From Sphyrna mokarran (taxonomy: Eukaryota): 64,000 nucleotides of DNA. The DNA is taken from NCBI GenBank assembly GCA_024679065.1, contig JAGIQG010000033.1:11966001-12030000 (forward strand), in the 5' to 3' direction. A program made the position numbers and the translations under genes. This document shows, one piece after another, positions 24,079 through 36,194 of the stretch (the stretch's first letter is position 1; each line of letters begins with the position of its first letter). The notes below the pieces were generated by a model that saw nothing but the letters and a program-made list of their open reading frames with translations, was not told the origin of the DNA and made no database searches.

Positions 24079-26060
24079 ATGTGGAGCTTATTCAAGGAAC
24101 AGCTACTGCAAGTCCTTGATAAGTACGTCCCTGTCAGGCAAGGAGGAAATGGTCGAGTAAGGGAACCATGGTGTACGAAAAAAGTTAATTCGCTGGTTAA
24201 AAGGAAAAAAGAGGCTTATGTCAGGATGAGGCTTGAAGGCTCAGTTAGTGCACTGGATAGCTATAGATTAGCCAGGAGGAAGCTAAAGAGTGAGTTGAGG
24301 AGAGCTAAAAGGGGACACGAGAAGACTTTGGCTGATAGGATCAAGGAGAATCCTAAAGCTTTCTTTAGATATGTTAAGAATAGAAGATTGGTTAGGGCAA
24401 GTTTAGGGCCAGTCATAGACAGCAGTGGGAAGTTGTGCGTGGAGCCTGAAGAGATTGGAGAGGCACTGAACAAATATTTCTCTTCAGTATTCACGCAGGG
24501 AGATGTAAATGTAGTTGTGGAGAACACTGAGATACAGGGTTGTAAACTGCAAAGTATTGAAGTAGATAAGGAGGAGGTGTTAGATATTCTTGAGGGTTTG
24601 AAAATAGATAAGTCCCCTGGGCCGGACGGGATTTACCCTAGGATTCTCTGGGAGGCAAGAGAGGCGATTGCAGAGCCTTTGGCTCTGATCTTCAGGTCGT
24701 CAGGTATAGTGCCGGATGACTGGAGGATAGCGAATGTTGTCCCATTGTTCAAGAAGGGGAATAGAGACTTTCCTGGGAATTATAGACCGGTGAGTCTTAC
24801 TTCTGTTGTGGGCAAAGTATTGGAAAGAATTATTAGGGATAGGATTTATAGTTATTTAGAGAGAAATGAATTGATTGGGGATAGTCAGCATGGTTTTGTG
24901 AAGGGTAGGTCGTGCCTTACTAACCTTATTGAGTTTTTTGAAAAAGTGACCAAAGAGGTGGATGGGGGTAAGGCAGTTGATGTGGTATATATGGACTTTA
25001 GTAAGGCGTTCGATAAGGTGGCCCATGGAAGACTTCTGCAGAAAATGCAGATGTATGGGACTGAGGGTGATTTAGCTAATTGGATTAGGAATTGGCTAGC
25101 TGATAGAAGACAGAGGGTGGTGTTTGATGGAAATTATTCATCATGGAGTTTGGTTACAAGTGGTGTACCTCAGGGATCTGTTTTGGGGCCTCTGCTGTTT
25201 GTAATTTTTATAAATGATCTGGATGAGGGTATAGAAGGATGGATTACTAAATTTGCGGATGACACCAAAGTCGGAGGAGTGGTAGATAGTGAAGAGGGGT
25301 GTTATAGTTTGCAGAGAGACTTGGACAAGTTGCAGAGCTGGGCCGAGAGGTGGCAAATGGAGTTTAATGAGGAAAAGTGTGAGGTAATTCACTTTGGCAG
25401 GAATAACAAATGTATAGAGTATAGGGCTAATGGTAGGACTCTTAATAGTGTTAACGAACAGAGGGATCTAGGTGTATATGTGCATAGATCCCTGAAAGTT
25501 GGCAATCAAGTTGATAAGGTTGTTAAGAAGGCATACGGAGTCTTGGCTTTTATTGGTAGGGGGATTGAATTTTGGAGCTGCAATGTCATGTTGCAACTGT
25601 ACAAAATTCTGGTGTGGCCGCACTTAGCGTATTGTGTACAGTTCTGGTCCCCGCATTATAAGAAAGATGTGGAGACATTGGAGAGGGTACGAGGAGGTTT
25701 ACCAGGATGTTGCCTGGTATGGAAGACAGGTCTTATGAGGAGAGGCTGAGGGATTTGAGGTTGTTTTCATTAGAAAGAAGGCGGCTAAGATGAGACCTTA
25801 TTGAAACATACAAGATGATCAGAGGATTAGACAGGGTGGACAGTGATAGCCTTTTTCCTCGGCTGGAGAAAGCTAGCACGAGGGGACATAGCTTTAAATT
25901 AAGGGGTGGTAGTTATAGGACGGATGTCAGAGGTAGGTTCTTTACCCAGAGGGTGGTAAGGGTATGGAATGACCTACCTGCTGCAGTTATAGATACGCCA
26001 AGTTTGGTGGCGTTTAAGAGGTCCGTGGATAGGTTTATGGATGAAAAGGGAATGGTTTAG
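24079..26060 (+). pseudogene. CR1 ORF2 reverse transcriptase region, frameshifted near 25690 with an in-frame stop near 25791
   Basis: 556-aa ORF with all RT motifs, followed by an 81-aa ORF carrying the CR1 C-terminus (TRGH, FFTQRVV, WN). Confidence 0.9.
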
Positions 26061-27299
26061 GTTAGAGGGTCATTGCTTTTTCTTAATTGGTCGGCGCAAC
26101 ATTGAGGGCCGAAGGGCCTGTTCTGTGCTGTAATGTTCTATGTTCTCTTTGGGTTTCAGATTCCAGCATCTGTAGTAATTAGCTTTTATCCCTTTTTTTA
26201 TTATTCTGGGGCATGGGTATCGCTGGTTGGACCAGCATTTATTGCCCATCCCTAGTTGCCTGAGAGCTATTGAGGGTCAACCACATTGCTGTGGCTCTGG
26301 AGTCACACATAGGTCACACCAGGACAGCAGATATCCTTCCTTGAATTATATTGATGAACAAGATGGGTTTTTCCAACAATTGACAACAGCCATCAGTAGA
26401 TTCCTAATTCCAAATTTTATTTATTGACTTCAAATTCCAGTATCTACTGAGGTGGGATTTGAACATGGTCGCTAGAACATTAGCTGAGTTTCTGGATTAC
26501 CTACGGGCAGTTGAGAGTCAACCACATTGCTCTGGAGTCACATTTAGGGCCTACACGCAATAGATTTCCTTCCCTGAAGGACATTAGTGAACCAGATGGG
26601 CTTTTCCCCACAATCGACAATGGTTTCACTGTCATCAGTAGATTCTTAAGTCCAAGTATTTTTTTATAGAATACAAGTTCCACCATTTGCCGTGGCGGGA
26701 TTTGAACTCAGGTCCCCAGAGCATGAGCTGAGCTTACGGGCTGACAGTCTAGCAATAATACCACTAGGTCATCGCCGCCTCTTTCAAATGGAAGGTGACT
26801 TCCAGGGCACGTTCGTCAAGCTATTGAAATCTCCTGGTTGAGATTCAAGCTCACCGAGATGTGGATTCTAATATATCACTGTCAACTTCCCTTATTTGAA
26901 ATTTGGCAAGTCAATGACATTTAATATGAGGGAGGTCATGCACTTAACCAATAATGGGCACACGTAGAACCTTGTCTTATTAAATTAAGGACAAAATGAA
27001 TGATTGACAAATGAGCCCGAAGGTTAAAACTGTCAATCCTCCAACTTAACGTTAATCTGACAAGACCAGTTCAGATGCATCGCCAAGCAATTGTGCTATT
27101 TCAAAATGGCTTTACACCCACTCTGTATCTTTAACCCCGTTTGCAAAGACATAAAGAAGCATCTTTTATTGGACAAATAAAGTTAAGCACTATTTTCAGA
27201 ATCCAAATAATTAAGGAAAATCCGGCAAACATTGAACTGTTTGTACAGTTCCCTTTGTTCCAAATTATTGGTTAACAGCTTCTAGTTGTTAAGCTAAGG

Positions 27300-27555
27300 C
27301 AATCTTTGTTCAAGATAAGGGGGAGGGTAGGATTCAGTGGAGATGTGCGGGGGAAGATTTTTTTTTTTGCAGAGGGTGGCGGGGGCCTGGATTGCACTGC
27401 CAAGAGAAGTGGTTGAGGCAGCTACGTTAGAGCCACTTAAGACTTATCAGGATAATCTTATGAATAAACAGGGAATAGAGGAGTAGAAGCAGTTGGTTAG
27501 AAAGGTAAAAGTGATCAGCACAGGCTTGGAGGGCCGAATGGCTTGTTCTTTAGGT
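27300..27555 (+). mobile_element. CR1 3' terminal fragment
   Basis: Degenerate FF..RVV..W region and ggagggccgaatggc tail motif. Confidence 0.7.
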
Positions 27556-27560
27556 GCACT

Positions 27561-27871
27561 GTTATTCCTGCCAAAGTGAATTACCTCACACTTTTCCACA
27601 TTAAACTCCATTTGCCACCTCTCGGCCCAGCTCTGCAACTTGTCCAAGTCTCTCTGCAAACTATAACACCCCTCTTCACTATCTACCACTCCTCCGACTT
27701 TGGTGTCATCCGCAAATTTAGTAATCCATCCTTCAATACCCTCATCCAGATCATTTATAAAAATTACAAACAGCAGGGGCCCCAAAACAGATCCCTGAGG
27801 TACACCACTTGTAACCAAACTCCATGATGAATAATTTCCATCAAGCACCACCTTCTGTCTTCTATCAGCTA
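27561..27871 (-). mobile_element. Internal CR1 RT fragment, inverted near-copy of 25097-25408
   Basis: [10 protein letters not shown]...FADDTK...MEFNVEKC; about 5 mismatches over ~310 bp; no 3' tail. Confidence 0.9.
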
Positions 27872-28324
27872 GTTTCTTAACTGGACCCAGTATCAGCTGA
27901 TAGTTTCTATCAGCTTTGTTTCTTAACTGGACCCAGTAGAAATTGAAAAATCTCTTCAGTTAATCAGCTTCGACTCAAGTTACAGAGTCATAGAGGTTTA
28001 CAGCACGCAGAAAAGCCCTTCAATTCAACTTGTCCATGCCGCCCTTTTTATTAACACTAAGCTGGTCTCAATTGCCCACATTTGGCCCATAACCCTCTAT
28101 TTAATCATGCAAATACTTTTCAAAAGACAAAATTGTACCCGCCTCTGGCAGCTCAATCCAGACACTCACTATCCTCTGTGTGCCCCTCTGGACCCTTTTG
28201 TATCTCTCTCCTCCCACCTTAAATCTCTGACCTCTAGGTTTAGTCTCCCCTACCTTTGCGAAAAGAAGCGTGACTAAATTTGGAAGACCTGCGGTATGGC
28301 TGTTTTATTTATGAAATAAGATTT

Positions 28325-28770
28325 ATCATCGAATCCCCACGGTGTGGAAAGAGGCCGCTTGGACCATCGATTCTGCACTGACCCTCCCAACAAACATCCC
28401 ATCCAGGCCTGATCCCCATAACCCCATATATTTTCCACTAAATCCCCCCTAACCTATACACCCTGAGATACTAAGAGACAATTTAGCACAGCCCATCCAC
28501 CTAACCTACACATCTTTGGACACGAAGGGGCAACTTAGCATAGCCAATTCACCTAACCGAAACATTTTGGGACATTAAGGGGCAATTTAGCATGGCCAAT
28601 CCACATAAACTTCAATAAATTCCGCCCATCTTTGGAGTGTGGGAGGAACCCGGAGGAAACCCACGCAGACATGGGGAGAACATGCAAGCTCCATACAATC
28701 ACTCAAAGTTGAAATTGAACTCAAGGCCTGGTGTTGTGAGGTAGCAGTGCTAACTACTGTGCCACCATGT
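28325..28770 (-). mobile_element. V-SINE (tail A) with about four units
   Basis: Head at about 28770, periodic core and CR1-like tail. Confidence 0.8.
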
Positions 28771-29325
28771 ACATCCTTTCCAGCTTAATATAAAATGTGC
28801 AACGTTGAAAGGGGCCATTGTTCCTGTACTAGGTCTTTGACAGAGCAATCCATTTAGTCCAATTCCTTTGCTTCTCCAGAATGTTGCTGTAATAATCCAG
28901 TCAAGGCTGGCCTTAGAATCATAGAATCCCTACGGAGCAGAAGGAGACCATTCGGCCCATCGAGTCTGTACCGACCACACTCCCACCCACATCTTATTCC
29001 AGTAACCCCACATATCTCCTGACACTAGGGTCAATCTAGCATGGCCAATCAACCTAACCCGCCCATCTTTGGAGTTTGGGAGAAGCACCCGTTGGAAACC
29101 CACGCAGGATTTCGGGGAGAAGGTGGTGAATTCCAGCTCCCAATAGCTCATCAAATTTAAAAAAATCTCCCATCTGTTTCTTAGAACATAGAATGTAAAA
29201 CAGAACAGCACAGGAACAGGCCCTTCAGCCCACAGCGTTGTGCTGTACATGACACCAAATTAAACTAATCCCTTCTGCCTGCCCTTTGTCCAAATCCAAG
29301 TGCTGCCTAGATATTAGAATTATTC

Positions 29326-30390
29326 AACATAGAACATAGAACATAGAACATAGAACATTACAGCACAGAACAGGCCCTTCGGCCTTCGATGTTGTGCCGA
29401 CCAAAATAAAAAGCAATGCCCCTCAAACTAAACCATTCCCTTCTCTTCCATATACTTATCAATTAACCTCTTAAACGCCACCAAACTTGGCGCATCTACA
29501 ACAGCTGCAGGCAGGGCATTCCACTCCCTAATCACTCTTTGAGTAAAGAACCTACCTCTGATATCCGTCCTATAACTCATACCCCTTAATTTAAAGCTGT
29601 GTCCCCTCGTGCTAGCTTTCTCCATCCTAGGAAAAAGGCTATCACTGTCCACCCTATCTAAACCTCTAATCATCTTATATGTTTCAATAAGATCCCCTCT
29701 TAGCCGCCTCCTTTCTAACGAAAACAACCTCAAATCCTTCAACCTCTCTTCATAGGACCTGCCCTCCATACCAGGCAACATCCTGGTAAACCTCCTCTGT
29801 ACCCTCTCCAATGCCTCCACATCTTTCTTATAATGTGGCGACCAGAACTGCACACAATACTCCAAGTGCGGCCGCACTAGAGTTTTGTACAGCTGCAACA
29901 TGATGCTGCGGCTCCTAAATTCAATCCCCCTACCAATAAAAGCTAAGACTCCATATGCCTTCTTAACAACTTTATCCACTTGACTGCCTACTTTCAGGGA
30001 TCTATTGACACATACACCAAGATCCTTCTGTTCCTCAACACTATTAAGAGCCCTACCATTAGCCCTATACTCTACACATTTATTGTTCCTGCCAAAGTGC
30101 ATTACCTCACACTTTTCCACATTAAACTCCATTTGCCACCTCTCGGCCCAGCTCTGCAACTTGTCCAAGTCACTCTGTAAACTATAACACCCCTCTTCAC
30201 TATCTACCACTCCACCAACTTTAGTGTCATCTGCAAATTTACTGATCCATCCCTCAATACCCTCATCCAGATCATTTATAAAAATTACAAACAGCAGGGG
30301 CCCAAAACAGACCCCTGAGGCACACCACTTGTCACCGAACTCCACGATGAATATCTCCCATCAACCACCACCCTCTGTCTTCTATCTGCC
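29326..30390 (-). mobile_element. Young 5'-truncated CR1 LINE with an open RT C-terminal frame (29428-30345)
   Basis: [25 protein letters not shown]; (TTCTATG)n tail at 29326-29358. Confidence 0.93.
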
Positions 30391-30639
30391 AACATTTTGC
30401 ACCCCTAATCTTAAATCAGTGCCTTTGAGTTACCCAACTGTCCTGCCAGTGGAAACAGTTTCCTTACTCAATCCGTCTAGAGTAAATTATATCCAACTCC
30501 TACACAACATTATATCCCTCCAAAGTAAAACAAAATGTCTAACTATTGTAAGTTAATACAGATAGGGCAGTTACAGAGTCCTGATGAGGGGAGCTATCTC
30601 AAACATTAACCAATCTTCCTCCCTCTTTCATTCTACAAC

Positions 30640-31262
30640 AGGAACAAAGTAGAAACAGTCAAAAGTTTCAAGTTCTTAGGTGTCCCCCCCTCCCTACCCC
30701 ATGCCAACAGTATAGTTAAGAAAGCCCACCAAGGCCTCTGCTTTCTCAGAAGACTAAGGAAATTCGGATGTCAGCTACGACTCTCAACATTTTTCACAGA
30801 TGCACCATAGGAAGCATTCTTTCTGGCTGTGTCACAGCTTGGTATGACTCCTGCTCTGCCCAAAACTACCAAAGGTTGTAAATGCAGCCCAGTCCATCAG
30901 GCAAACCAACCTCCCATCCACTGACTCTGCCTACACTTCCCGCTGCCTCAGGAAAGCAGCCAGCATATGGTCGAGGACCTCACGCACCCCGGATATTCTC
31001 TCTTCCACCTTCTTCTGTCAGGAAAAAAAATACAAAAATCTGAGGTCACGTACCAACAGACTCAAGAACAACTTCTTCCCTGCTGCCATCAGACTTTTGA
31101 ATGGACCCACCCTGCAATTAAGTTGATCTTTCTCTACACCCTAGCTATGAGTGTAACACTACATTCTGCACTCTCTTCTTCTGCATGAATGATATGCTTT
31201 GTCTGTGCGGCGTGCAAGAAAAACTTTTCACTGCATATGTGACAATAATAAATCAAATCAGA
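30640..31262 (+). mobile_element. Rex1/Babar-type LINE 3' fragment
   Basis: Degenerate FKFLG...LRRLRKFG...CTI.SILSGC.TAW...HPG.SLFHLL.SG...RLKN.FFP ORF2 C-terminus; tail atgtgacaataataaatcaaatc. Confidence 0.8.
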
Positions 31263-31605
31263 AACTGCCAAATATTTCCATCACTTTCCAGATTTCAAAT
31301 TGCTCCATAAATTGGGTCAGGTGAGATTTTCCCCATTCTTTTCCTCCCCCCACCCCGCTGGAGGAAAGAAAAATTGCCCATCAAAATTTCTAAACCTGTT
31401 TTGCCAATATCCTATTGTGATGCTGAGTGGTTTTAGGCAGGCCAGAACGAACGAACAGATGTTGTGAACACTTCAGAACTCCTTTGAGGCAACGCTCAAT
31501 AATTGGAGTGGATGCTGTGATAGTTATACTGTTAAAGCGTTCTATTTTATCTCCGCGTAGCGCGGGGACCTCAACGTGGCAACTGTGACATTGTGACTGA
31601 CTGAC

Positions 31606-31902
31606 CTGTGATGGTTGCCAAGGCCTGGGTCTCCTCATTCAGCAGCTCGTTCCTCACGAGGCAACTGTACGTGCTATTGGGCTCCAGCGTCACCCGGATC
31701 ACACTGCGCACGTCAAACAGGCCCTCCTTGTTGGCCACTTGCGACGTGGTGATGTTCTCCGTGATGTTGCTCCCTTTGCCATCATGCCACTGCACCGTGG
31801 CCTGGGGATAGCCCCCCGAAGAGTGGCAGGCGATGGCCACCTCATCGCCGGGCTTCAGGTTCTTGTTGGGTTCCAAGTGCAGGCTGGGCTTGGAGTAGGA
31901 GG
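31606..31902 (-). CDS. CD276: CD276/B7-H3 IgC-domain exon (297 nt, phase 1-1)
   Basis: Translates ASYSKPSLHLEPNKNLKPGDEVAIACHSSGGYPQATVQWHDG...TTSQVANKEGLFDVRSVIRVTLEPNSTYSCLVRNELL..ATITG, closely resembling mammalian [20 protein letters not shown]...TTSQMANEQGLFDV...TYSCLVRN. Acceptor gatttcag and donor GTCAGT; joins the IgV exon in frame. Confidence 0.95.
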
Positions 31903-32264
31903 CTGAAATCACGCAAATGGAGAGAGAGAGAGAAAAACAAAAAAAATCAACAAAGCGAACCCACAACATAGCAACAGGTTTTGCACCCAATTGGTGACAA
32001 CTTCCCCAAAGTCTCCGCGCCCAATGATCGACATAAAGCCATAGATCCAGACCACATCCGATGCTCAAGCAGCAAGATCCTATTTGCATATTGGGCCATA
32101 ACTTGCAATTTGCAGGATGTTGTATTTGGTGGAGTGAGGACAAGGTGGGGGAAGGGGGGGTGTTTGATACTCCAAAGATGTGCAGGGGACACCCCTGGAA
32201 GTTCCCAGATAAGGGTTTCCACGGCAATTGCCCAAAAGTGCAAACTATTCATGTTGATAGAACT

Positions 32265-33397
32265 AAATGCAAGGGCAAGAATGTACATCTGAGGCTGTAT
32301 AAAGCTCTGGTCAGACACCATTTGGAGTACTGTGAGCAGTTTTGGGCCCCCATTTCTAAAAAAGGAAGTGCTAACCTTGGAAAGGGTCCAGGAGAGTTTG
32401 CAAGAATGATCCCTGGAATGAAGAGCTTGTTGCACAAGGAATGGTTGAGGACTCTGGGTCTGTACTTCTTAAGAGTTTAGAAGGATCAGGGGGATTTTAT
32501 TAAAATTTACAGGATACTGTGACACCTGGGAAGAGCGGATGTAGAGAGGATGTTTCCATTAGTAGGAGAAACTAGAACCAGAGGGCACAATCTCAGGCTA
32601 AAGCAGAGATGAGGAGGAATTTCTTCAGCCAGAGAGCGGTGAATCTGTGGAACTCTTTGCTGCAGAAGGCTGTGGAGGTCATTGAGTGTCTTTAAGACAG
32701 AGATAGAGAGGTTCTTGATTAATAAGGGGATCAGGGGTTATGGGGGAAAGGCAGGAGAATGGGGATGAGAAAAATAGTCAGCCATGGTTGAATGGCAGAG
32801 CAGTCTCGATGGGCTGAGTGGCCTAATTCTGCTCCTATATCTTATGGCCTTAGTTAGGCCGCACTTGGAAGATAGTGTTCAATTCTGGTCACCACACTAC
32901 CAGAAGGGTGTAGAGGCTTTGGAGCGGGTATATTATCTGGATATTGCCTGGTATAAGTTATGAGGAGAGATTGGAGAAGCTTGATTTGTCCTCGCTGGAA
33001 ATACAGAGGCTGAGGGGGCAACCTGATAGAGTCTATAAGATTTTGAGATGCGTGGATAGAATGGGTAGTTAGAAGCTTTTTCCAAGGGTGGAAAAGTCAA
33101 TTATTAGGGGGCATAGATTTTAGGTGCAAGGGGCAAGGTTTAAAGGAAATGTGTGAGGCAAGTTTTTTTTTACATGAAGGGTGGTGGGTGCCTGGAATTC
33201 GCTGCCAGGGGAGTTGGCGGAAGCAGATACGATACTGAGTTTTAAGGGGCATCTTGCCAAATACATGAATGGGATGGGAATAGAAGGATATCCATTGTCC
33301 CCGGAAGGGTAGGAGGTTTTAGTTAAGTCAGGAAGCATGGTCGATGCAATCTTAGAGGGGCGAAGGGCCTGTTTCTGCGCTGTAATTTTCTTTGTCC
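32265..33397 (+). mobile_element. Two tandem CR1 3' fragments (about 32265-32850 and 32850-33397) in the CD276 V-C intron
   Basis: LYKALVRHHLEYCEQFW, then a second RPHLE..VQFW segment, each ending in a CR1-type tail. Confidence 0.82.
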
Positions 33398-34049
33398 TCC
33401 ATGGGAACTATGCAGAAATGTGATTTCAGCTGCGAATTCTGGGTGGTTTCGACTCATAGACTCCTACAGTGCAGAAGGAGGTCGTTTGGCCCATTGAGTC
33501 TGCATTGACCACAATACCACCCAGAACCCCATGCATTTACCCTAGCTAGTCCCCCTGGCACTAAGAGGCAATTTTTTTCATGGCCAATTCACCTCACCCA
33601 CACAGCTTTGGAGTGTGGGAGGAATCGCACACAGACACGGGGAGTACGTGCAACCTCCACACAGACAGTGAGTCAAACTGGGAATTGAACCCGGGTCCCT
33701 GGCACTGTGAGGCAGCAATGCCAACCACTGTGCCACATGCTGCCCGTGTAACATCAATACTTACGCAGAAAACATGAGGAGAATTTAAGAACATAAAGTA
33801 CTTCTTTCTTCTGGATAACTACTGCCCTGACCCACAGGGTTCTGGGTTCGATTCCGGCCTCGGTTGACTGTCTGGGTGGAGTTTGCACATCCTCCCAGGG
33901 GTGGGGGAGGTTGGAGCTTGTGAGTTTGTGGTCGGTGGCGGGGGGGGGAGGTTGGTCGGGAGGGTCTGGGGAGTTGTTGGACGGTCACTGAAGGGTAAGG
34001 CCTGGTCAGGCTGGGCTTGTAAAGCAGCAAGGGGGTTTAGGGAGAAGTT

Positions 34050-34812
34050 CCATATGGCTGTAATATAGGAGCATGGAAGCTTTGGACAGAGTGTGGTGAA
34101 GGTTCATCAGGATGTTGCGAGGGTGTTGGCTTGGAGGAGATGTTGAATAAACTAGGGTTCTTTTCACTGGAAAGATAGATGCTGAGGGAGACCTGATAGA
34201 GGTGGAAGAAGTGATGCGAGGCACAGACAGGGTGGCTTTTCCCCAGGGTGGAAGTATCTATTACAAGGGGGCACAGGTTCAAACTGAGAGCGGAGAAGTT
34301 TAAGGGAGATGTGGGTGGGGGTGAAATTTTTCACACAGAGAATGGTGGGTGCCTGGAATATAGAATCCCTACCGTGCAGAAGGAGGCCATTCAGCCCATC
34401 GAAACTATACTAACAACAATCTCAAAAGTCCATCCCTGTGACCCCCCAAGATATTTACTCTGCTAAGCCCCCTGACACTAATGGACAATTTATCATGGCC
34501 AATCCACCGAATTAATACATCTTTTGGTCTGTGGGATGAAACCGGAGCACCCAGAGGAAACTCACACAGACATGGGGAGAATGTGCAAACTCTACACACA
34601 GAGAGGCCGGAATTGAACCCAGGTCCCTTCTCCCTGCCAGAGGAGATGGTGGAAGCAGGCACATTAGTAACATTTAAGAGGTATCTGGATGGATATATGA
34701 ATAGGGAGGGAATAAAGAGATATGGATCATTAAAGGCAGGTTTTTCTTTTAGTTTAGTTAGGGCAGCATGGTCAATGAAGGGTCGAAGGGCCTGTTCCTG
34801 TGCTTTTATTTT
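34050..34812 (+). mobile_element. CR1 3' fragment split by an antisense V-SINE (34360-34628)
   Basis: TRGHRFKLR...gcctggaa breaks at 34359 and resumes with ccctgccagaggagatggtggaagc at about 34632. Confidence 0.78.
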
Positions 34813-35475
34813 GATCTTTGTGTGTTTTTCTTTGAGATTGAAAAGAGAGAAATAGCCCTTAGTTAAGGTGGCCAAAATCCTGGTTAAAAAGAGCTAAATC
34901 TCACAGTGATTAGCACTACAGCCTCACAGTGTCAGGGATCCGGGTTCGATTCCTGGTTTGGGTCACTGTCTGTGCAGAGTCTGCACATTCTCCCCGTGTC
35001 TGCGTGGGTTTCCCTCGGGTGCTTCAATTTCCCCCTCAGTCTAAAAGATGTGCCAGTTCAGAGGTCTGGCCATGCTAAATTGCCTTTTAGTATCAGGAAT
35101 ACCAGGAGGGTAAATGTGTAGGGTTACAGGAATGGGGCCTGGGTGGGATTGTAGTCAGTGCAGACTCGATGGGCCAAACGGCCGAGCTAAATTCTCCCTC
35201 GCTGCGCCCGAATAGGCGCCGGAGTGTGGCAACTGGGGGATTTTCACAGCAACTTCACTGCAGTGTTAAATGACACTAACTCGTGACACTAATAAACAAA
35301 CTTCAGGAAGAAAGAGAGGTGAAAGATTCAGGGAAGGGATTGCGCTTTGTGGGATTGGCAACCTGTCGTGGAGATGGAGAGGGTGAGGGGTTGGGTGGGT
35401 CGGAAAACAATTTTACACAGTGGCACATTGGGCGTGGCTAGAAGTTGGCACATCATGCGGCAGTGGGCACCGTAC

Positions 35476-35817
35476 CTGCTAGCTGGAGCTCAATGGGGGC
35501 ACTCAGGTGCTCCTGGATCCTCACAAAGCAGGTGAAGCTGCCCTCGTCCTCGATCCGGACGTCCCGCAGTAGCAAGGAGGCGTTGCCCTTGGCCAGCTCC
35601 TGGGTGAAGAGCGCCGTCCTGTTCACAAAGCTGTCCGCCTGTTGGTTCAGCTGCAGTGAGTACCAGTGCACCATCTCCCGCGTCTCCGTCAGCTGCCATA
35701 TCACGCTCAGGTCACTCAGGGAGAAGTTGGCGTCGGTGGTGAAGGAGCAGTTCAGGGTGACGTCCTTGCCAAAGATGCCAATCACGGGCACCGTTGGAAC
35801 TTTGATCCTCAGATCTC
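35476..35817 (-). CDS. CD276: CD276/B7-H3 IgV-domain exon (342 nt, phase 1-1)
   Basis: Translates GDLRIKVPTVPVIGIFGKDVTLNCSF...IWQLTET...NRTALF..LAKGNASLLLRDVRIEDEGSFTCFV..SAPIELQLA, matching the B7-H3 V domain (IWQLTDT, NRTALFP, GNASLRL, DEGSFTCFV). Acceptor tttcttttctttccag ends at 35818; donor GTACGG starts at 35475. Confidence 0.95.
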
Positions 35818-36194
35818 CTGGAAAGAAAAGAAATTTTTTAAAAAACGGACTCGTTAGTCCTGATGTAGTTCTAGGTGCACGGACCCATTCGCCAAGGAGA
35901 AGGGAAACCCTACAGTGCAGAAGGAAGGCATTCAGCCCATCGAGTCTGCGCTGACCGTAAAGAATATTACAGTGCAGTACAGGCCCTTCGGCCCCGTAAA
36001 ACCAATCTAAAACCACATAACCTACACTATTCCAATATCATCCATATGTTTATCCACTATCCCATGTATTTACCCTAGCTTAGTGCCCCTAAGGGGCAAT
36101 TTAGCATGGCCGATCCACCTAACCCGCACGACAACAATCCCACCCAGGTCCCACTGCCGAGAAACCGTGCCGCCCTCAAAGCAGAGAAGGTGCA

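Larger units (their letters stand above)
22072..26146 (+). mobile_element. Near full-length decayed CR1-clade LINE (ORF1 esterase, ORF2 APE endonuclease plus RT), interrupted by an antisense CR1 fragment
   Basis: ORF1 SGNH motifs IGDSIV, PG, HVGTHD, DGLHLN. APE motifs YFNAR, ISETW, MGDFNF, LDLVL, SDHNSV, frameshifted across 23268-24060. RT motifs [42 protein letters not shown]. 3' tail gggccgaagggcctgt...ttctatgttct. Confidence 0.93.

Noticed and set aside
35445-35954. 169-aa plus-strand ORF
   Set aside because: Antisense shadow of the GC3-rich IgV exon.
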